Sequence record: MZ170040.1
Length of the DNA: 64,000 nucleotides
Reading direction: 5' to 3' (one strand)
From: Escherichia phage vB_EcoM_FJ1
Below, piece by piece: positions 19,597 to 29,086 of the stretch. The translations under genes and the position numbers were made by a program. The notes below the pieces were generated by a model. That model was not told the DNA's origin. It worked only from the letters and a program-made list of their open reading frames with translations, and ran no database searches. Each line of letters begins with the position of its first letter. Position 1 is the first letter of the stretch.

Positions 19597-19610
19597 AGGG
19601 CCGAAGCCCT
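19597..19610 (-). terminator. GC-stem UUCG-loop hairpin
   Basis: AGGGC-CGAA-GCCCT. Confidence 0.5.
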
Positions 19611-19810
19611 TAGCTAAACTTTTTGGCACCCTTCCAGCCTTCGTACATCATTGCGGCTGATATTAATATTGCTCCTGAGCAACTTGAATATTTGTGATTC
19701 CAAAACCAGTTCAGAAAAACTTCGTCATCAATACCTTGGGCTATCATATTTTCAAAGAACTGACGACGAGCTTCGGCAATTCGTTGTGATAATTTAGATT
19801 CAGGATTCAT
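19610..19810 (-). CDS. hypothetical protein
   Basis: 66-aa ORF. Confidence 0.4.
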   Translation of the reverse strand: MNPESKLSQRIAEARRQFFENMIAQGIDDEVFLNWFWNHKYSSCSGAILISAAMMYEGWKGAKKFS

Positions 19811-20026
19811 TTAAATTTTCCAGTTACCGTTTTCATCAATAAATTTAATCCAGTCATTTACTGACCACTTGGTCGTATCGCCTTTTGGAGCAATATTTAA
19901 AGTGTATAATCCTTGTTTAAAAAGCATGCGTTTGATATTCATATTTTCCTCAGCTGTAACGATAGCACTCGTTTGATTTACGCTTAGCAACTCGTTGAGA
20001 AGTATTGTAATCAAAATCATCGTCAA
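19811..20026 (-). CDS. hypothetical protein (start uncertain)
   Basis: 71-aa ORF overlapping its neighbour by 77 nt; an internal ATG at about 19942 would give 44 aa. Confidence 0.3.
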   Translation of the reverse strand: MTMILITILLNELLSVNQTSAIVTAEENMNIKRMLFKQGLYTLNIAPKGDTTKWSVNDWIKFIDENGNWKI

Positions 20027-20243
20027 TGTAAACTGATTTTTTCAACTTTCTTACTTCACCGCGTAATTGACGATTTAGCTCATCTTTAACTTCTGAATCA
20101 ATGCCTTTCATTCTACGCCATTTATCTGAGCGAAAAATGTTTTCAACCATATCTTTATGACTTACCCCATCAGGAGCTTTACGCTTTCCGAAATAGTCAT
20201 AATCACGCACTTTTAAGTCTTTACGACGATACGTTTTACCCAT
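19950..20243 (-). CDS. hypothetical basic protein
   Basis: ATG at 20243 (MGKTYRRKDLKVRDYDY...); Lys/Arg-rich. Confidence 0.4.
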   Translation of the reverse strand: MGKTYRRKDLKVRDYDYFGKRKAPDGVSHKDMVENIFRSDKWRRMKGIDSEVKDELNRQLRGEVRKLKKSVYIDDDFDYNTSQRVAKRKSNECYRYS

Positions 20244-20418
20244 GGAGTTTAATTTCCTTAGCAACTGAACTAAATACAGCACGATCACAAATCATGCGTT
20301 TATGTAACTTGAGTATAATATAGCAAACTTCAAAACTATTTACATGAGTAACACGAACAGCATTACCATTAATGAGATAATACTGTCCCTTTTTAATTTC
20401 TTTATCAACCATAACCAT
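20236..20418 (-). CDS. hypothetical protein
   Basis: 60-aa ORF downstream of the early promoter at 20.45 kb. Confidence 0.4.
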   Translation of the reverse strand: MVMVDKEIKKGQYYLINGNAVRVTHVNSFEVCYIILKLHKRMICDRAVFSSVAKEIKLHG

Positions 20419-20444
20419 AACAATTCCTCAAAGGCAATTCATAT

Positions 20445-20500
20445 GTTAATAATACCACAGTTTGAGCTCGTTGTAAACAACTTTGTGAAAATTATTTTAG
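20445..20500 (-). promoter_or_regulatory. early promoter (GTTTAC family)
   Basis: Minus-strand GTTTAC at 20478-20473, TATTAT about 18 nt downstream, AT-rich upstream block. Confidence 0.5.
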
Positions 20501-20559
20501 GGAATGATAAGAAAGGAACGATAGCTTAGAATGGTAATATACAGAATGCGAGAAAGAAA

Positions 20560-20572
20560 GGCCCAGAGGGCC
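20560..20572 (-). terminator. hairpin after nrdH
   Basis: GGCCC-AGA-GGGCC, then a T-run on the minus strand. Confidence 0.5.
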
Positions 20573-20576
20573 CGTC

Positions 20577-20885
20577 TTAGTCTTCTATGATATCTCTATC
20601 ATATCCAAGTGAAATGAGAGTTTCTTTGAAGTGTTTAATGTTCTTTTGTCTAGAATCATTAATGAAAATGACTGGATAACGAATGTTAAGAGATGTGAAT
20701 CCAGCGCGTTTAGCAAGAGATACAATCAGTGGACGATCATACTCAATCTTACCGTTATTTGTAAGAACTTTATAGAAAGTAAAAGGAGCATTGAGCTCCT
20801 TTAGAAGTTTTGTAACTGATTGACATCCAGGACAACGACCAACTTCATCTGGAATTCCATAGACTTCAATCTTATTTTGTTTCAC
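20577..20885 (-). CDS. nrdH: glutaredoxin/NrdH-like redoxin
   Basis: 102 aa with CPGC redox motif in a thioredoxin-fold context; adjacent to nrdG and nrdD. Confidence 0.65.
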   Translation of the reverse strand: MKQNKIEVYGIPDEVGRCPGCQSVTKLLKELNAPFTFYKVLTNNGKIEYDRPLIVSLAKRAGFTSLNIRYPVIFINDSRQKNIKHFKETLISLGYDRDIIED

Positions 20886-20887
20886 AA

Positions 20888-21124
20888 CTATTCCTTACTA
20901 AGAGCAGCATTCAGCTTGTTAGTAATTTTATCCAGACGCTCATTGAACTCACTAGAAGATAAGCCCTTTTCTGGAGAAATCAAACTAATCACGAAAAATA
21001 TAGCAATAAAAGGAATAAGGAAAATAGCTCCAACTGCCATAAACAGAAAGAATGTTACAGTTGTAAGAAAATCAGCTAAACCTTTACGAAATTTATACAT
21101 ATTTACCCTTAATTGATTAACCAA
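20888..21124 (-). CDS. small membrane protein
   Basis: 78 aa with a long hydrophobic segment (FLTTVTFFLFMAVGAIFLIPFIAIFFVISLI). Confidence 0.45.
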   Translation of the reverse strand: MVNQLRVNMYKFRKGLADFLTTVTFFLFMAVGAIFLIPFIAIFFVISLISPEKGLSSSEFNERLDKITNKLNAALSKE

Positions 21125-21214
21125 GCATTGATAAGCACTAAACTATATTGGGAATAAAATTCTGGACCAAAATGAAAAATCATATCATTTATAGTATCCA
21201 TAATGTAATTCAAT

Positions 21215-21685
21215 TTAATCATGTTTCCACACCCCATCGGTATTTGACCAAAGCCGCTGATTATCTGATCCTCGCCACAGCTTTTTAGTCGGAAGATTTT
21301 TCTCATACTTCCCATCAATAATAACATCAACATATTTAAGCATTTCTAGCTGTTTAATATCTTCAAATTTATATCCTGTCCACAACCAAATGCTTTTATT
21401 GGGATAAAGATTTTTTACTGTTTGAACAATGCAATGAATAACATCTCGGTTATCAGGATAGAGAGGGTCTCCTCCAGTTATAGTTAATCCTTCTATATAA
21501 TCATTATTCAAACATTCAATTAATTGCTCTAGTGTCTCTCCAGTGAATGGAATACCATTTCTAACATTCCATGTTGATTTATTATAACACCCTTCGCATT
21601 TATGCAAACAACCTGTAACGAAAAGAACGACCCTGCATCCAGGGCCATTCACAAAATCGCAAGGATAAAATCTATCATAATTCAT
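21215..21685 (-). CDS. nrdG: anaerobic ribonucleotide reductase activase (radical SAM)
   Basis: 156 aa; Cys cluster CLHKCEGCYN; overlaps the nrdD stop. Confidence 0.9.
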   Translation of the reverse strand: MNYDRFYPCDFVNGPGCRVVLFVTGCLHKCEGCYNKSTWNVRNGIPFTGETLEQLIECLNNDYIEGLTITGGDPLYPDNRDVIHCIVQTVKNLYPNKSIWLWTGYKFEDIKQLEMLKYVDVIIDGKYEKNLPTKKLWRGSDNQRLWSNTDGVWKHD

Positions 21686-23499
21686 TGGTGTTTAACCCTA
21701 TGCATGATTTCTTTATTTTTGCCGAGATTAAATCCGCGTTCGTTCGGGTTTCCAAGATAGCCGCATGTTCTTCTTATTGTGTTCATCTTTTTAGGATCAG
21801 TTTCTCCACAAATAGAACAAACAAATCCGTTTTCAGTAGGAGTCATTTCATGAGTGCTTCCACACGTAAAACATTTATCTACTGGCATGTTAACACCAAA
21901 ATAATCTAAATGTTGTGCAGCATAATCCCATACAGCCTCAAGACCTTTTAGGTTATTTTTCATATCAGGAAGTTCAACATAAGAAATGTGACCACCTGTC
22001 GCAATGAAATGATATGGTGCTTCACGAGAAATCTTTTCAAACGGAGTGATATTTTCTTCTACTGAAACATGGAAACTATTAGTGTACCAACCTTTATCAG
22101 TAACATCTTTTACGCTTCCATATTTTTCAGTATCAAGTTTACAGAAGCGATAGCAAAGGTTTTCAGCAGGAGTAGAATACAAGCTAAAAGCAAAACCGGT
22201 TCTTTCGGTCCACTGTTTAAGATGAGCATTCATCTTAGTTAAAATTTCTTGTCCAATATCACGACCGACAAGAATATTCAATTCGTGAATACCAATGTAT
22301 CCTAAGGACACTGAACTTCTACCGTTTTTAAATAACTCAATTATGTCGTCATCAGGTTTAAGACGAACCCCGAATGCACCTTCTTGGTAAAGAATAGGAG
22401 CAACAGTAGCTTTAACTCCTTTTAAGGAACTAATTCTACACATCAAAGCTTCAAAACACAAATCCATACGTTCATTAAATAGCTCAACAAATTTCTGTTC
22501 ATTGAACTGTGTTCCAATATAAGAATCTAACGCGATGCGAGGAAGATTCAGTGTTACAACACCAAGATTATTACGTCCATCAAGAATTTCATTACCAGTC
22601 GAATCTTTCCATACGCTCAAGAAACTACGGCATCCCATCGGAGAAACAGGAACAGATGAACCAGTGATAGCTTTATTGTTCTTGGCTGAAATAATATCAG
22701 GATACATCCTTTTGCTTGCGCACTCTAGAGCAAGCTGCTTAATATCATAGTTCGGATCGTCTTTGTAAAGATTAACACCTTCTTCAACGAACATAACAAG
22801 CTTAGGGAAAATAGGAGTTATCCCATCACGACCAAGACCTTTAATACGATTTTTCAGAATTGCTTTCTGAATCATTCGTTCAGTCCAGTCAGTTCCCGTA
22901 CCAAATGTAATTGTTACAAAAGGCGTTTGTCCGTTTGAACTAAAGAGAGTATTTACTTCATATTCATAAGCTTGGAATGCATCATATACATCTTTTTCTG
23001 TTTTAGATTGAGCATAATTTAACGCATCAGCGATTTGCCATTTTTCTGCATCCTCAATATGTTTTGCATAGGTGCGTTTAACATAAGGAGAAAGTACTTT
23101 ATCTACATTCGCAAAAGTCGTTCCGCCGTATTGATGGGAAGCAACCTGTGCAGTAATTTGTGCCATAATTGCAGTAGCAACACCGATTGATTTAGGAGTT
23201 TCAATCTGTGCATTACCAAGCTTAAATCCATTCTCAAGCATTCCTTTTAAATCTACTAAACAGCAATTAGTAAAAGGCAATGATATACTGTAATCTAAAT
23301 CATGAAAATGAATTAATCCAACATTATGGGCATTTACAATATGACTTGGAAGAATACGACAAGCGATATGTTTAGAAACAATACCGGCCATTAAATCTCT
23401 TTTTGTTGGAAAGACACGAGAATCTTTGTTGGCGTTTTCGGTATTTAATTCTTTATCTTTATTTGAAATAAAATTTAAAACATCTTTCTCTAAAGACAT
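21682..23499 (-). CDS. nrdD: anaerobic ribonucleotide reductase, class III (intronless)
   Basis: Uninterrupted 605-aa ORF; C-terminal zinc ribbon CFTCGSTHE...CSICG and glycyl-radical motif RRTCGYLG. Confidence 0.95.
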   Translation of the reverse strand: MSLEKDVLNFISNKDKELNTENANKDSRVFPTKRDLMAGIVSKHIACRILPSHIVNAHNVGLIHFHDLDYSISLPFTNCCLVDLKGMLENGFKLGNAQIETPKSIGVATAIMAQITAQVASHQYGGTTFANVDKVLSPYVKRTYAKHIEDAEKWQIADALNYAQSKTEKDVYDAFQAYEYEVNTLFSSNGQTPFVTITFGTGTDWTERMIQKAILKNRIKGLGRDGITPIFPKLVMFVEEGVNLYKDDPNYDIKQLALECASKRMYPDIISAKNNKAITGSSVPVSPMGCRSFLSVWKDSTGNEILDGRNNLGVVTLNLPRIALDSYIGTQFNEQKFVELFNERMDLCFEALMCRISSLKGVKATVAPILYQEGAFGVRLKPDDDIIELFKNGRSSVSLGYIGIHELNILVGRDIGQEILTKMNAHLKQWTERTGFAFSLYSTPAENLCYRFCKLDTEKYGSVKDVTDKGWYTNSFHVSVEENITPFEKISREAPYHFIATGGHISYVELPDMKNNLKGLEAVWDYAAQHLDYFGVNMPVDKCFTCGSTHEMTPTENGFVCSICGETDPKKMNTIRRTCGYLGNPNERGFNLGKNKEIMHRVKHQ

Positions 23500-24311
23500 A
23501 ATTCTAATTTATCCTTTTGAAATTCTTCGTCTAAATATGGGTTCCAACCCATTTTAAACCTTTTGATGAAATTATCAATTCTAAATTTCGGTAAGTTTAA
23601 ATCCGCAAAAATAGATGATTTACTTTTAAAATCTGGACCTAAATAATCATATAAAATTTCTGCGTATTTTAACCATAATATACAAGTACCAGATTTAATT
23701 GCGTTCGGAGTTTTCCAAGGTTTTACACCATACATCGGATTTCCACTTCCTTTATGCCTGATAGAAGATGAAATTCCAATTTTAATTTTAGCTTCCTTTG
23801 TATGCGAAAATCCACGATGCTGATTTTCTTTCCAGTATTTTTTAGAAGCTTCTGATATTTTCTTTCTGGCTAAATTAGTATGATGCTTTCCATAAAATCC
23901 ATGATTTTTGCCTTTATTACGATTTCTTTTAATCATGGTTATTGATTGCTTTTCTCTAGTTTCTTTAGAAGGAGAAATACCATATGTCGTAAATTTGCCA
24001 TCAGCATATGCTAAATTAAAATACTCTTTATTCCATACATCTTTTTCTATATTCTTTTGAAATTCAGCTTCAATGCTAGTTATTTGTTCATCTCCGACTA
24101 ATTGAAAATATAATATTTCAACTTTCGGCGTTTCTTTCAATAAGGCTTTTTGAAATTCGGAAGATGACGAAGACGAATAATAAAATTTACCATTTTTATC
24201 AATAATATTCGTTCCATCAAAAGTGCAATTGGTTTTACTTCCAATGTAATAATATGGTGGGGTTTTAGCATTAATTCTATTAATAAATGATAGTTTATAT
24301 ACTACATTCAT
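23490..24311 (-). CDS. GIY-YIG homing endonuclease-like protein (free-standing)
   Basis: 273 aa; N-terminal VVYKLSF...YYYIGSKTN (GIY...YIG spacing), NUMOD-like GKNHGFYGKHH and GSGNPMYG repeats; start overlaps the gp49 stop as ATGA. Confidence 0.7.
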   Translation of the reverse strand: MNVVYKLSFINRINAKTPPYYYIGSKTNCTFDGTNIIDKNGKFYYSSSSSSEFQKALLKETPKVEILYFQLVGDEQITSIEAEFQKNIEKDVWNKEYFNLAYADGKFTTYGISPSKETREKQSITMIKRNRNKGKNHGFYGKHHTNLARKKISEASKKYWKENQHRGFSHTKEAKIKIGISSSIRHKGSGNPMYGVKPWKTPNAIKSGTCILWLKYAEILYDYLGPDFKSKSSIFADLNLPKFRIDNFIKRFKMGWNPYLDEEFQKDKLELCL

Positions 24312-24781
24312 TTTAAACTCTTTCTAAGCTGCTTCTTAAATGAAGCTATTAATTGTGTTTTGGTGTCAGATTCATTATATTCAAATCCTCTTTGAAGCAT
24401 CTCGGCCATCATTTCCTCTTTTCCTAAACGAGAAAATTCCTTTGATTTATCTCCAACAAAGTTAGGGTGAATATTATTTTGGGTGTAATCGGATTTTAAA
24501 TAAGTAAGTAAATTTTCTAACCATTCAAGATAATCAACACCTTGTCCCTTTAAGCCAGAACGATTAAATTTGTGCTTCATTTGACCTTCTGCGGCATTGC
24601 ATAGATTACAAAGCAATCCACGTACCTTTCCTGCTTTTGGTCCATTTAATTCATGGTCATGATCGAGGTGATTAGCTTGAACATCAGGATTTAGTTCTCG
24701 TTGGCAAATTAAGCATTTACCGTTTTGCGCATCATAAAATTTCTGTTTTTCTTCTTTATATAATTTGCCAGTCAATAACAT
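24308..24781 (-). CDS. 49: endonuclease VII (Holliday junction resolvase)
   Basis: 157 aa; zinc-binding CLICQ...CNLCN; matches T4 gp49 as recalled. Confidence 0.9.
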   Translation of the reverse strand: MLLTGKLYKEEKQKFYDAQNGKCLICQRELNPDVQANHLDHDHELNGPKAGKVRGLLCNLCNAAEGQMKHKFNRSGLKGQGVDYLEWLENLLTYLKSDYTQNNIHPNFVGDKSKEFSRLGKEEMMAEMLQRGFEYNESDTKTQLIASFKKQLRKSLK

Positions 24782-24823
24782 AATAAACCCTTACCTTAAA
24801 TAGATAAGGGTATTTATTATTTT

Positions 24824-25309
24824 TCAAGTATTGTAAAACATTTGATGCAATCGCTTATATTGCCGAATCTTTTGGTCAGAAAAAGAAATTTGATTTTCAA
24901 GCCATTCAATGTATTCTGCGGCAGCTTGCATCAGGTTACCTTCATAGCCATCGTTATTTTCTTGTGCAGCTAATTTAGCTAATGCGTATGAAATACGTTC
25001 ACCTTGAAAATCGGCTTTAGGCTTCTGAACAACTTGATTAGTTCGCTCTACAACTTCTTCAATTTCGCCATTTTCTACTGATTCAGTATTCCACAAGCAC
25101 CAATACGTAATTGGCTTATCGTAGATGTTAATAATCTTTCCATCAGAAAGTTCAATTTCAATAATTCCAGTATCAGGCTCTATATCATCTTCACATTCTT
25201 TTGCAAGTTCACGAACTTTAAAGACATTACCTGCACTAAGTTCCGGCCAGTAATTACACAGCCCTGTATCAACACGATTAATTCTAAACCACTTATCTAC
25301 TGTAATCAT
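24824..25309 (-). CDS. hypothetical protein (position and size of T4 pin)
   Basis: ATG at 25309 gives 161 aa; assignment by position and size only. Confidence 0.4.
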   Translation of the reverse strand: MITVDKWFRINRVDTGLCNYWPELSAGNVFKVRELAKECEDDIEPDTGIIEIELSDGKIINIYDKPITYWCLWNTESVENGEIEEVVERTNQVVQKPKADFQGERISYALAKLAAQENNDGYEGNLMQAAAEYIEWLENQISFSDQKIRQYKRLHQMFYNT

Positions 25310-25432
25310 GTCCCATCTCCATATCAATTAAGTCATTTATCGTTGGTTCATTATATATTGTTTCTTCATCAGTGTAAACCGGTTCTTCCGGCTCTGGCTC
25401 TACAGTTTCCCATCTAGCCGCCCACCAAGGTT

Positions 25433-25753
25433 TTATAGCGTAATCCATTCTCGTACTGTCTGAGTTACTACACGTTCACGGGGCTCGACTAGTTCAACGG
25501 TAGGAACTGCATAATACCAGTCAGAATGATAAGAACCTGACCGAGATTCATTTACCGCTACATGTACATTATGTTCTGGACTAAAGTAAACACACTGACG
25601 ATATTGGCATTTACCATCTTGCACCCAGTCTTCTATTTCGACAGGTTTAAGATAATCGGAAAAATCGAAATCATAGTTTTCCGAAAATGCATCATGGTCT
25701 TCAATGATTTCGCTCAGAACTGCATCAACATCTAATTTATTTTCAATAGTCAT
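25433..25753 (-). CDS. hypothetical acidic protein
   Basis: 106-aa ORF. Confidence 0.45.
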   Translation of the reverse strand: MTIENKLDVDAVLSEIIEDHDAFSENYDFDFSDYLKPVEIEDWVQDGKCQYRQCVYFSPEHNVHVAVNESRSGSYHSDWYYAVPTVELVEPRERVVTQTVREWITL

Positions 25754-25763
25754 TTTTCACCAA

Positions 25764-25973
25764 TTAATTTCGCAATTTATTAAGTTCTTCATAATCAATC
25801 CAGGATTCTAATCCTGATGGCAAATCAGATTCAATTTCCCAAAGAAGTTCTTCAATTTTATGAAGACGATCTAATTCTTCAGCTGGAATAGTAACCATTG
25901 ACGGAGTTCTTGATACACTAATATCGTAAATCATATTTACCCCAGTTTGACCATGCAATCGCCGTATTTCCAC
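25764..25973 (-). CDS. hypothetical protein
   Basis: 69-aa ORF. Confidence 0.4.
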   Translation of the reverse strand: MEIRRLHGQTGVNMIYDISVSRTPSMVTIPAEELDRLHKIEELLWEIESDLPSGLESWIDYEELNKLRN

Positions 25974-26152
25974 TTAGAAATAGACTTTTCACCATTAGAA
26001 TAATAAACTTCGAGTTTAGCGCGGCCATTTTTAATTTGAATAACCTTTGCTGTCATCAAAGTTCCATACCCATAATAAACTGCAACCTCATCACCTACAT
26101 ATACCGCGCTTCCGCGGTAGTCATGGATATAATCAGTTCCTTCGAGCATCAT
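25937..26152 (-). CDS. hypothetical protein
   Basis: 71-aa ORF. Confidence 0.4.
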   Translation of the reverse strand: MMLEGTDYIHDYRGSAVYVGDEVAVYYGYGTLMTAKVIQIKNGRAKLEVYYSNGEKSISKWKYGDCMVKLG

Positions 26153-26412
26153 TTAAAGTATTCCCGCAATTGGTCAAATCCACCAATATGACTTCCATCA
26201 GGAGCAAATACTTGTGGCATTGTCAAACCAATTTGAGTATCACGACCTAGTTTAGTCAGAAGCTCAGCGATTTTCTCATCATCAAAAACACCTTTTTCCG
26301 GCATAATGTTGATAAATTCAAACGGTTGTTTCTTCACAGTCAAGAGACGTTTTGCATTATCGCAATACACACATTTATGGATGTTGCTATCATAACCATA
26401 TACTTTAAACAT
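26149..26412 (-). CDS. nrdC: thioredoxin (glutaredoxin-like)
   Basis: 87 aa with CVYC redox motif; matches T4 NrdC as recalled. Confidence 0.9.
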   Translation of the reverse strand: MFKVYGYDSNIHKCVYCDNAKRLLTVKKQPFEFINIMPEKGVFDDEKIAELLTKLGRDTQIGLTMPQVFAPDGSHIGGFDQLREYFK

Positions 26413-26413
26413 A

Positions 26414-26656
26414 TTATTCCTTAATTCCTAGTACTTGTTTAAAAGTCTCGTCGTAATCAAGACTTTGGCCCGTTTGTTCTTTATGTTTGTATATAATATC
26501 ACTTACTTCTGATAGCATATTTTTATATGAACGAGTTAAAGCAGATTTAAGCACGCTGTATCTATCAGGAAATTTACCGTGTTCATTATAATAAGCTATT
26601 GCTAATTCACGGACTGCCTTTTCAGCAGTCTCCATATATTCTTTACGCTTGGTCAT
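26414..26656 (-). CDS. hypothetical protein
   Basis: 80-aa ORF coupled to nrdC. Confidence 0.45.
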
Positions 26657-26658
26657 TT

Positions 26659-27048
26659 TTAATCCAAAATATTATTAGGCATTGGTTGAACACTCGCAAG
26701 TTCTTTAAAGAACTCAGTAGAGTCAGGCAATTTAACCATTTCCGGAGCATGCTTACTGAATTTATGTTTACATTGACGGCATTTATATTCAAGCTCTGGT
26801 TTACGCCAGTTAATCAACTGAACTTGTTCAGTACCGCATTCAGGGCAATTAGGAACGTTTTTAGAAGCTCTTTCACGTCGTTCAACCATAGCCATAATAG
26901 CATCCCATGCTGGAGGTTTAAAATCTAAATCGTCGCAGCCGTGAATCTTTCCACGCATTTCCATATCATCTTCCTCACCAGCCATAATAATTTTAATTAA
27001 ACTGGAATTACTTGAAGCTGCAATGTCTTCTAATAAACGCTTTTTCAT
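26659..27048 (-). CDS. zinc-ribbon protein
   Basis: 129 aa with CPECG...CRQC four-Cys zinc ribbon. Confidence 0.5.
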
Positions 27049-27974
27049 TTCAATACCTCAATAGCATTACGTAAACCATTTGCTTTTGCATTAAGAGCTT
27101 TTAACAATTTGGTGTGTTCTGCAATTTGGGCTTCAACTTCAATCAAACGGGCATTGAGATATTCACGTTCTTCACTCAGATTATCAATCTTTTCTACTTT
27201 AGGCTCTTTTACAACTGTCTTATATATATTAGGGTTCTTCAGTTTAATTAAAATGCGTGAACTGTATAACATTGAACCATTATCTTCGGTTTCGTCATAC
27301 ATTTCTACTACGTCCATGATTTTTAACATCATGCGGAGTTTATAAGATAACGAACGAATAGTTTTGTTGTGCTTATTAATTTCTCTAGAGTTCATGGTGC
27401 CGAGATTACGTGAGTAATAATAAGGAACCTGGATATTAATTAATACTGATGAACCACCTGGCTTGTGTGTTACTTCATCAGCAATAACCCAATCCTTAAC
27501 ATGAACTGTATTTGTACGGTCATCGCCCGCGGTAAATAGTTTGCGAGCATGCTTAAAAAGCATATTCACTTGGTCATTGAATTGACAAGCAAATTTATCA
27601 GCAAATTTAGTTTCAGGAATGGTAGATAACCAATCAGCCAAATGAGTCTTTTTAACATCGTTAACAATAGTAAATTCAACCAAATCAGTTATAGATGTCT
27701 CAGATTTAATAAAGCTCGGCTTCATAAAGTTTTTAATGTTATCGCGAGCTACAGTAGAAGATAACATACGAGAACGTTTAAACCATTGAAGCAAATTGCC
27801 CAACGAATGAGAATAAGCGTTTTGAGTATCTTTACAGATATGATTTTCCTGGCCAACATATTGAAGGAAATCACGAAGAATATTATTGATTACTGCCCTG
27901 TGTCCTATCTGATAATTACGATGTTTAGTAATAAGACTGTCAAAATAATCAATATAATGTTTACGAGTTTTCAT
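27045..27974 (-). CDS. hypothetical protein with C-terminal coiled coil (tandem family, member 1)
   Basis: 309 aa; C-terminal heptad-like segment [42 protein letters not shown]. Confidence 0.5.
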   Translation of the reverse strand: MKTRKHYIDYFDSLITKHRNYQIGHRAVINNILRDFLQYVGQENHICKDTQNAYSHSLGNLLQWFKRSRMLSSTVARDNIKNFMKPSFIKSETSITDLVEFTIVNDVKKTHLADWLSTIPETKFADKFACQFNDQVNMLFKHARKLFTAGDDRTNTVHVKDWVIADEVTHKPGGSSVLINIQVPYYYSRNLGTMNSREINKHNKTIRSLSYKLRMMLKIMDVVEMYDETEDNGSMLYSSRILIKLKNPNIYKTVVKEPKVEKIDNLSEEREYLNARLIEVEAQIAEHTKLLKALNAKANGLRNAIEVLK

Positions 27975-28026
27975 GTTCTTCTCACTTGGTTAATGATTTA
28001 TACTCCGAGCCATCCTTGGCTTTAAA

Positions 28027-29028
28027 TTACTTAATTAACTGTAAAGCTTGTTCCAGACGATCAAGACGATTAACAGATTCTTCCCAAATCCTTTTAGCCT
28101 GCTCATATTCTTTCTGCGCTTTATTAGAAATTTCTAGAACTTCTTTATAAGCTTTTTCTAGTGCAATAACTTCTGGACGAATTTCTACCGGTTCAGGTGA
28201 ATCGTCAAGACATTCCATTAGTTCCTCAAGGGTAGTTTCTTCTTTAGGAGTATTCACAATTTCATCACATTTTTGTTGGTAAATTTCTTTATCAGTAGGT
28301 GAATAAGCACATTTCACTTCACGAAGACTAATTACAATTTTATATCCTTCCCAACCGCATATATTCTTAAAAGGATAAGTATGAATATTTTCTACTGTTT
28401 CCATACAAAGTAATGCGGTCTCTAATTGACGAGTTATAGTACTAGCAATTGAGAAAAATTTATTAATATTCTTTTGGTTAGTTTCTGGTGTAAAAAATCC
28501 ATAATTCACAAAAATAGATACTTTATTTTTATCAAGTTCATATTCTTTTACGATAATCATATCAGAAGCCAAAGGATGAATTTGACGATAATCGCCATAA
28601 CATAATTTAGAAGCTGATTTTAGAATTTGTCCTTTGAAAAGTCTGAAATTACTAATCCAACGACGAGTAAAAATATTCTCAGGGTCTTCTTTATTATTAA
28701 GATGATAAGAATTAACATCACCGAACCAATTATATCCTACTACATCTTTAGTTCGTTTAATTTCTTTCCCAAAATTACCAAGAATATCCCGATTAACCAA
28801 ATATGAAAGAAGACGAGACTCTTTAAAGGTTTTCTTGATAAGATCTTTATCTACACGACTAGAAATTTTACGAATTTCATGAATAAATTTAGTAGAAGAA
28901 ACAATACTTGCATCAACACTATTGAGCCATTGATTGATAATAGAAAGAACGATATTTTGACCAAACATCGGTATAGCTTTATCATCAATAACGCTATTGA
29001 ATGATTTGATATATTCGTTACGAGTCAT
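28027..29028 (-). CDS. hypothetical protein with C-terminal coiled coil (member 2)
   Basis: ATG at 29028 preceded by GGAGG (the track start at 29079 lies inside a promoter); C-terminal ...YEQAKRIWEESVNRLDRLEQALQLIK. Confidence 0.5.
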   Translation of the reverse strand: MTRNEYIKSFNSVIDDKAIPMFGQNIVLSIINQWLNSVDASIVSSTKFIHEIRKISSRVDKDLIKKTFKESRLLSYLVNRDILGNFGKEIKRTKDVVGYNWFGDVNSYHLNNKEDPENIFTRRWISNFRLFKGQILKSASKLCYGDYRQIHPLASDMIIVKEYELDKNKVSIFVNYGFFTPETNQKNINKFFSIASTITRQLETALLCMETVENIHTYPFKNICGWEGYKIVISLREVKCAYSPTDKEIYQQKCDEIVNTPKEETTLEELMECLDDSPEPVEIRPEVIALEKAYKEVLEISNKAQKEYEQAKRIWEESVNRLDRLEQALQLIK

Positions 29029-29056
29029 ATTAATCTCCTCAGTAGAAAGTAAGAAC

Positions 29057-29086
29057 ATTATACCACATCCTTGTGGCAAAGTAAAC
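29057..29086 (-). promoter_or_regulatory. early promoter (GTTTAC, 18 nt, TATAAT)
   Basis: Minus-strand GTTTAC at 29086-29081 and TATAAT at 29062-29057. Confidence 0.6.

Noticed and set aside
21109-21333. 74-aa minus-strand ORF overlapping the nrdG 3' end
   Set aside because: Overlaps nrdG by more than 100 nt in another frame; only a roughly 30-aa fragment would be free of overlap.
21682-23499. Group I intron in nrdD
   Set aside because: Looked for because T4 nrdD is split by an intron; here the 605-codon frame is continuous with no intervening sequence.
26599-26928. 109-aa plus-strand ORF
   Set aside because: Antisense to two minus-strand genes in a uniformly minus-strand early block; no promoter or SD.
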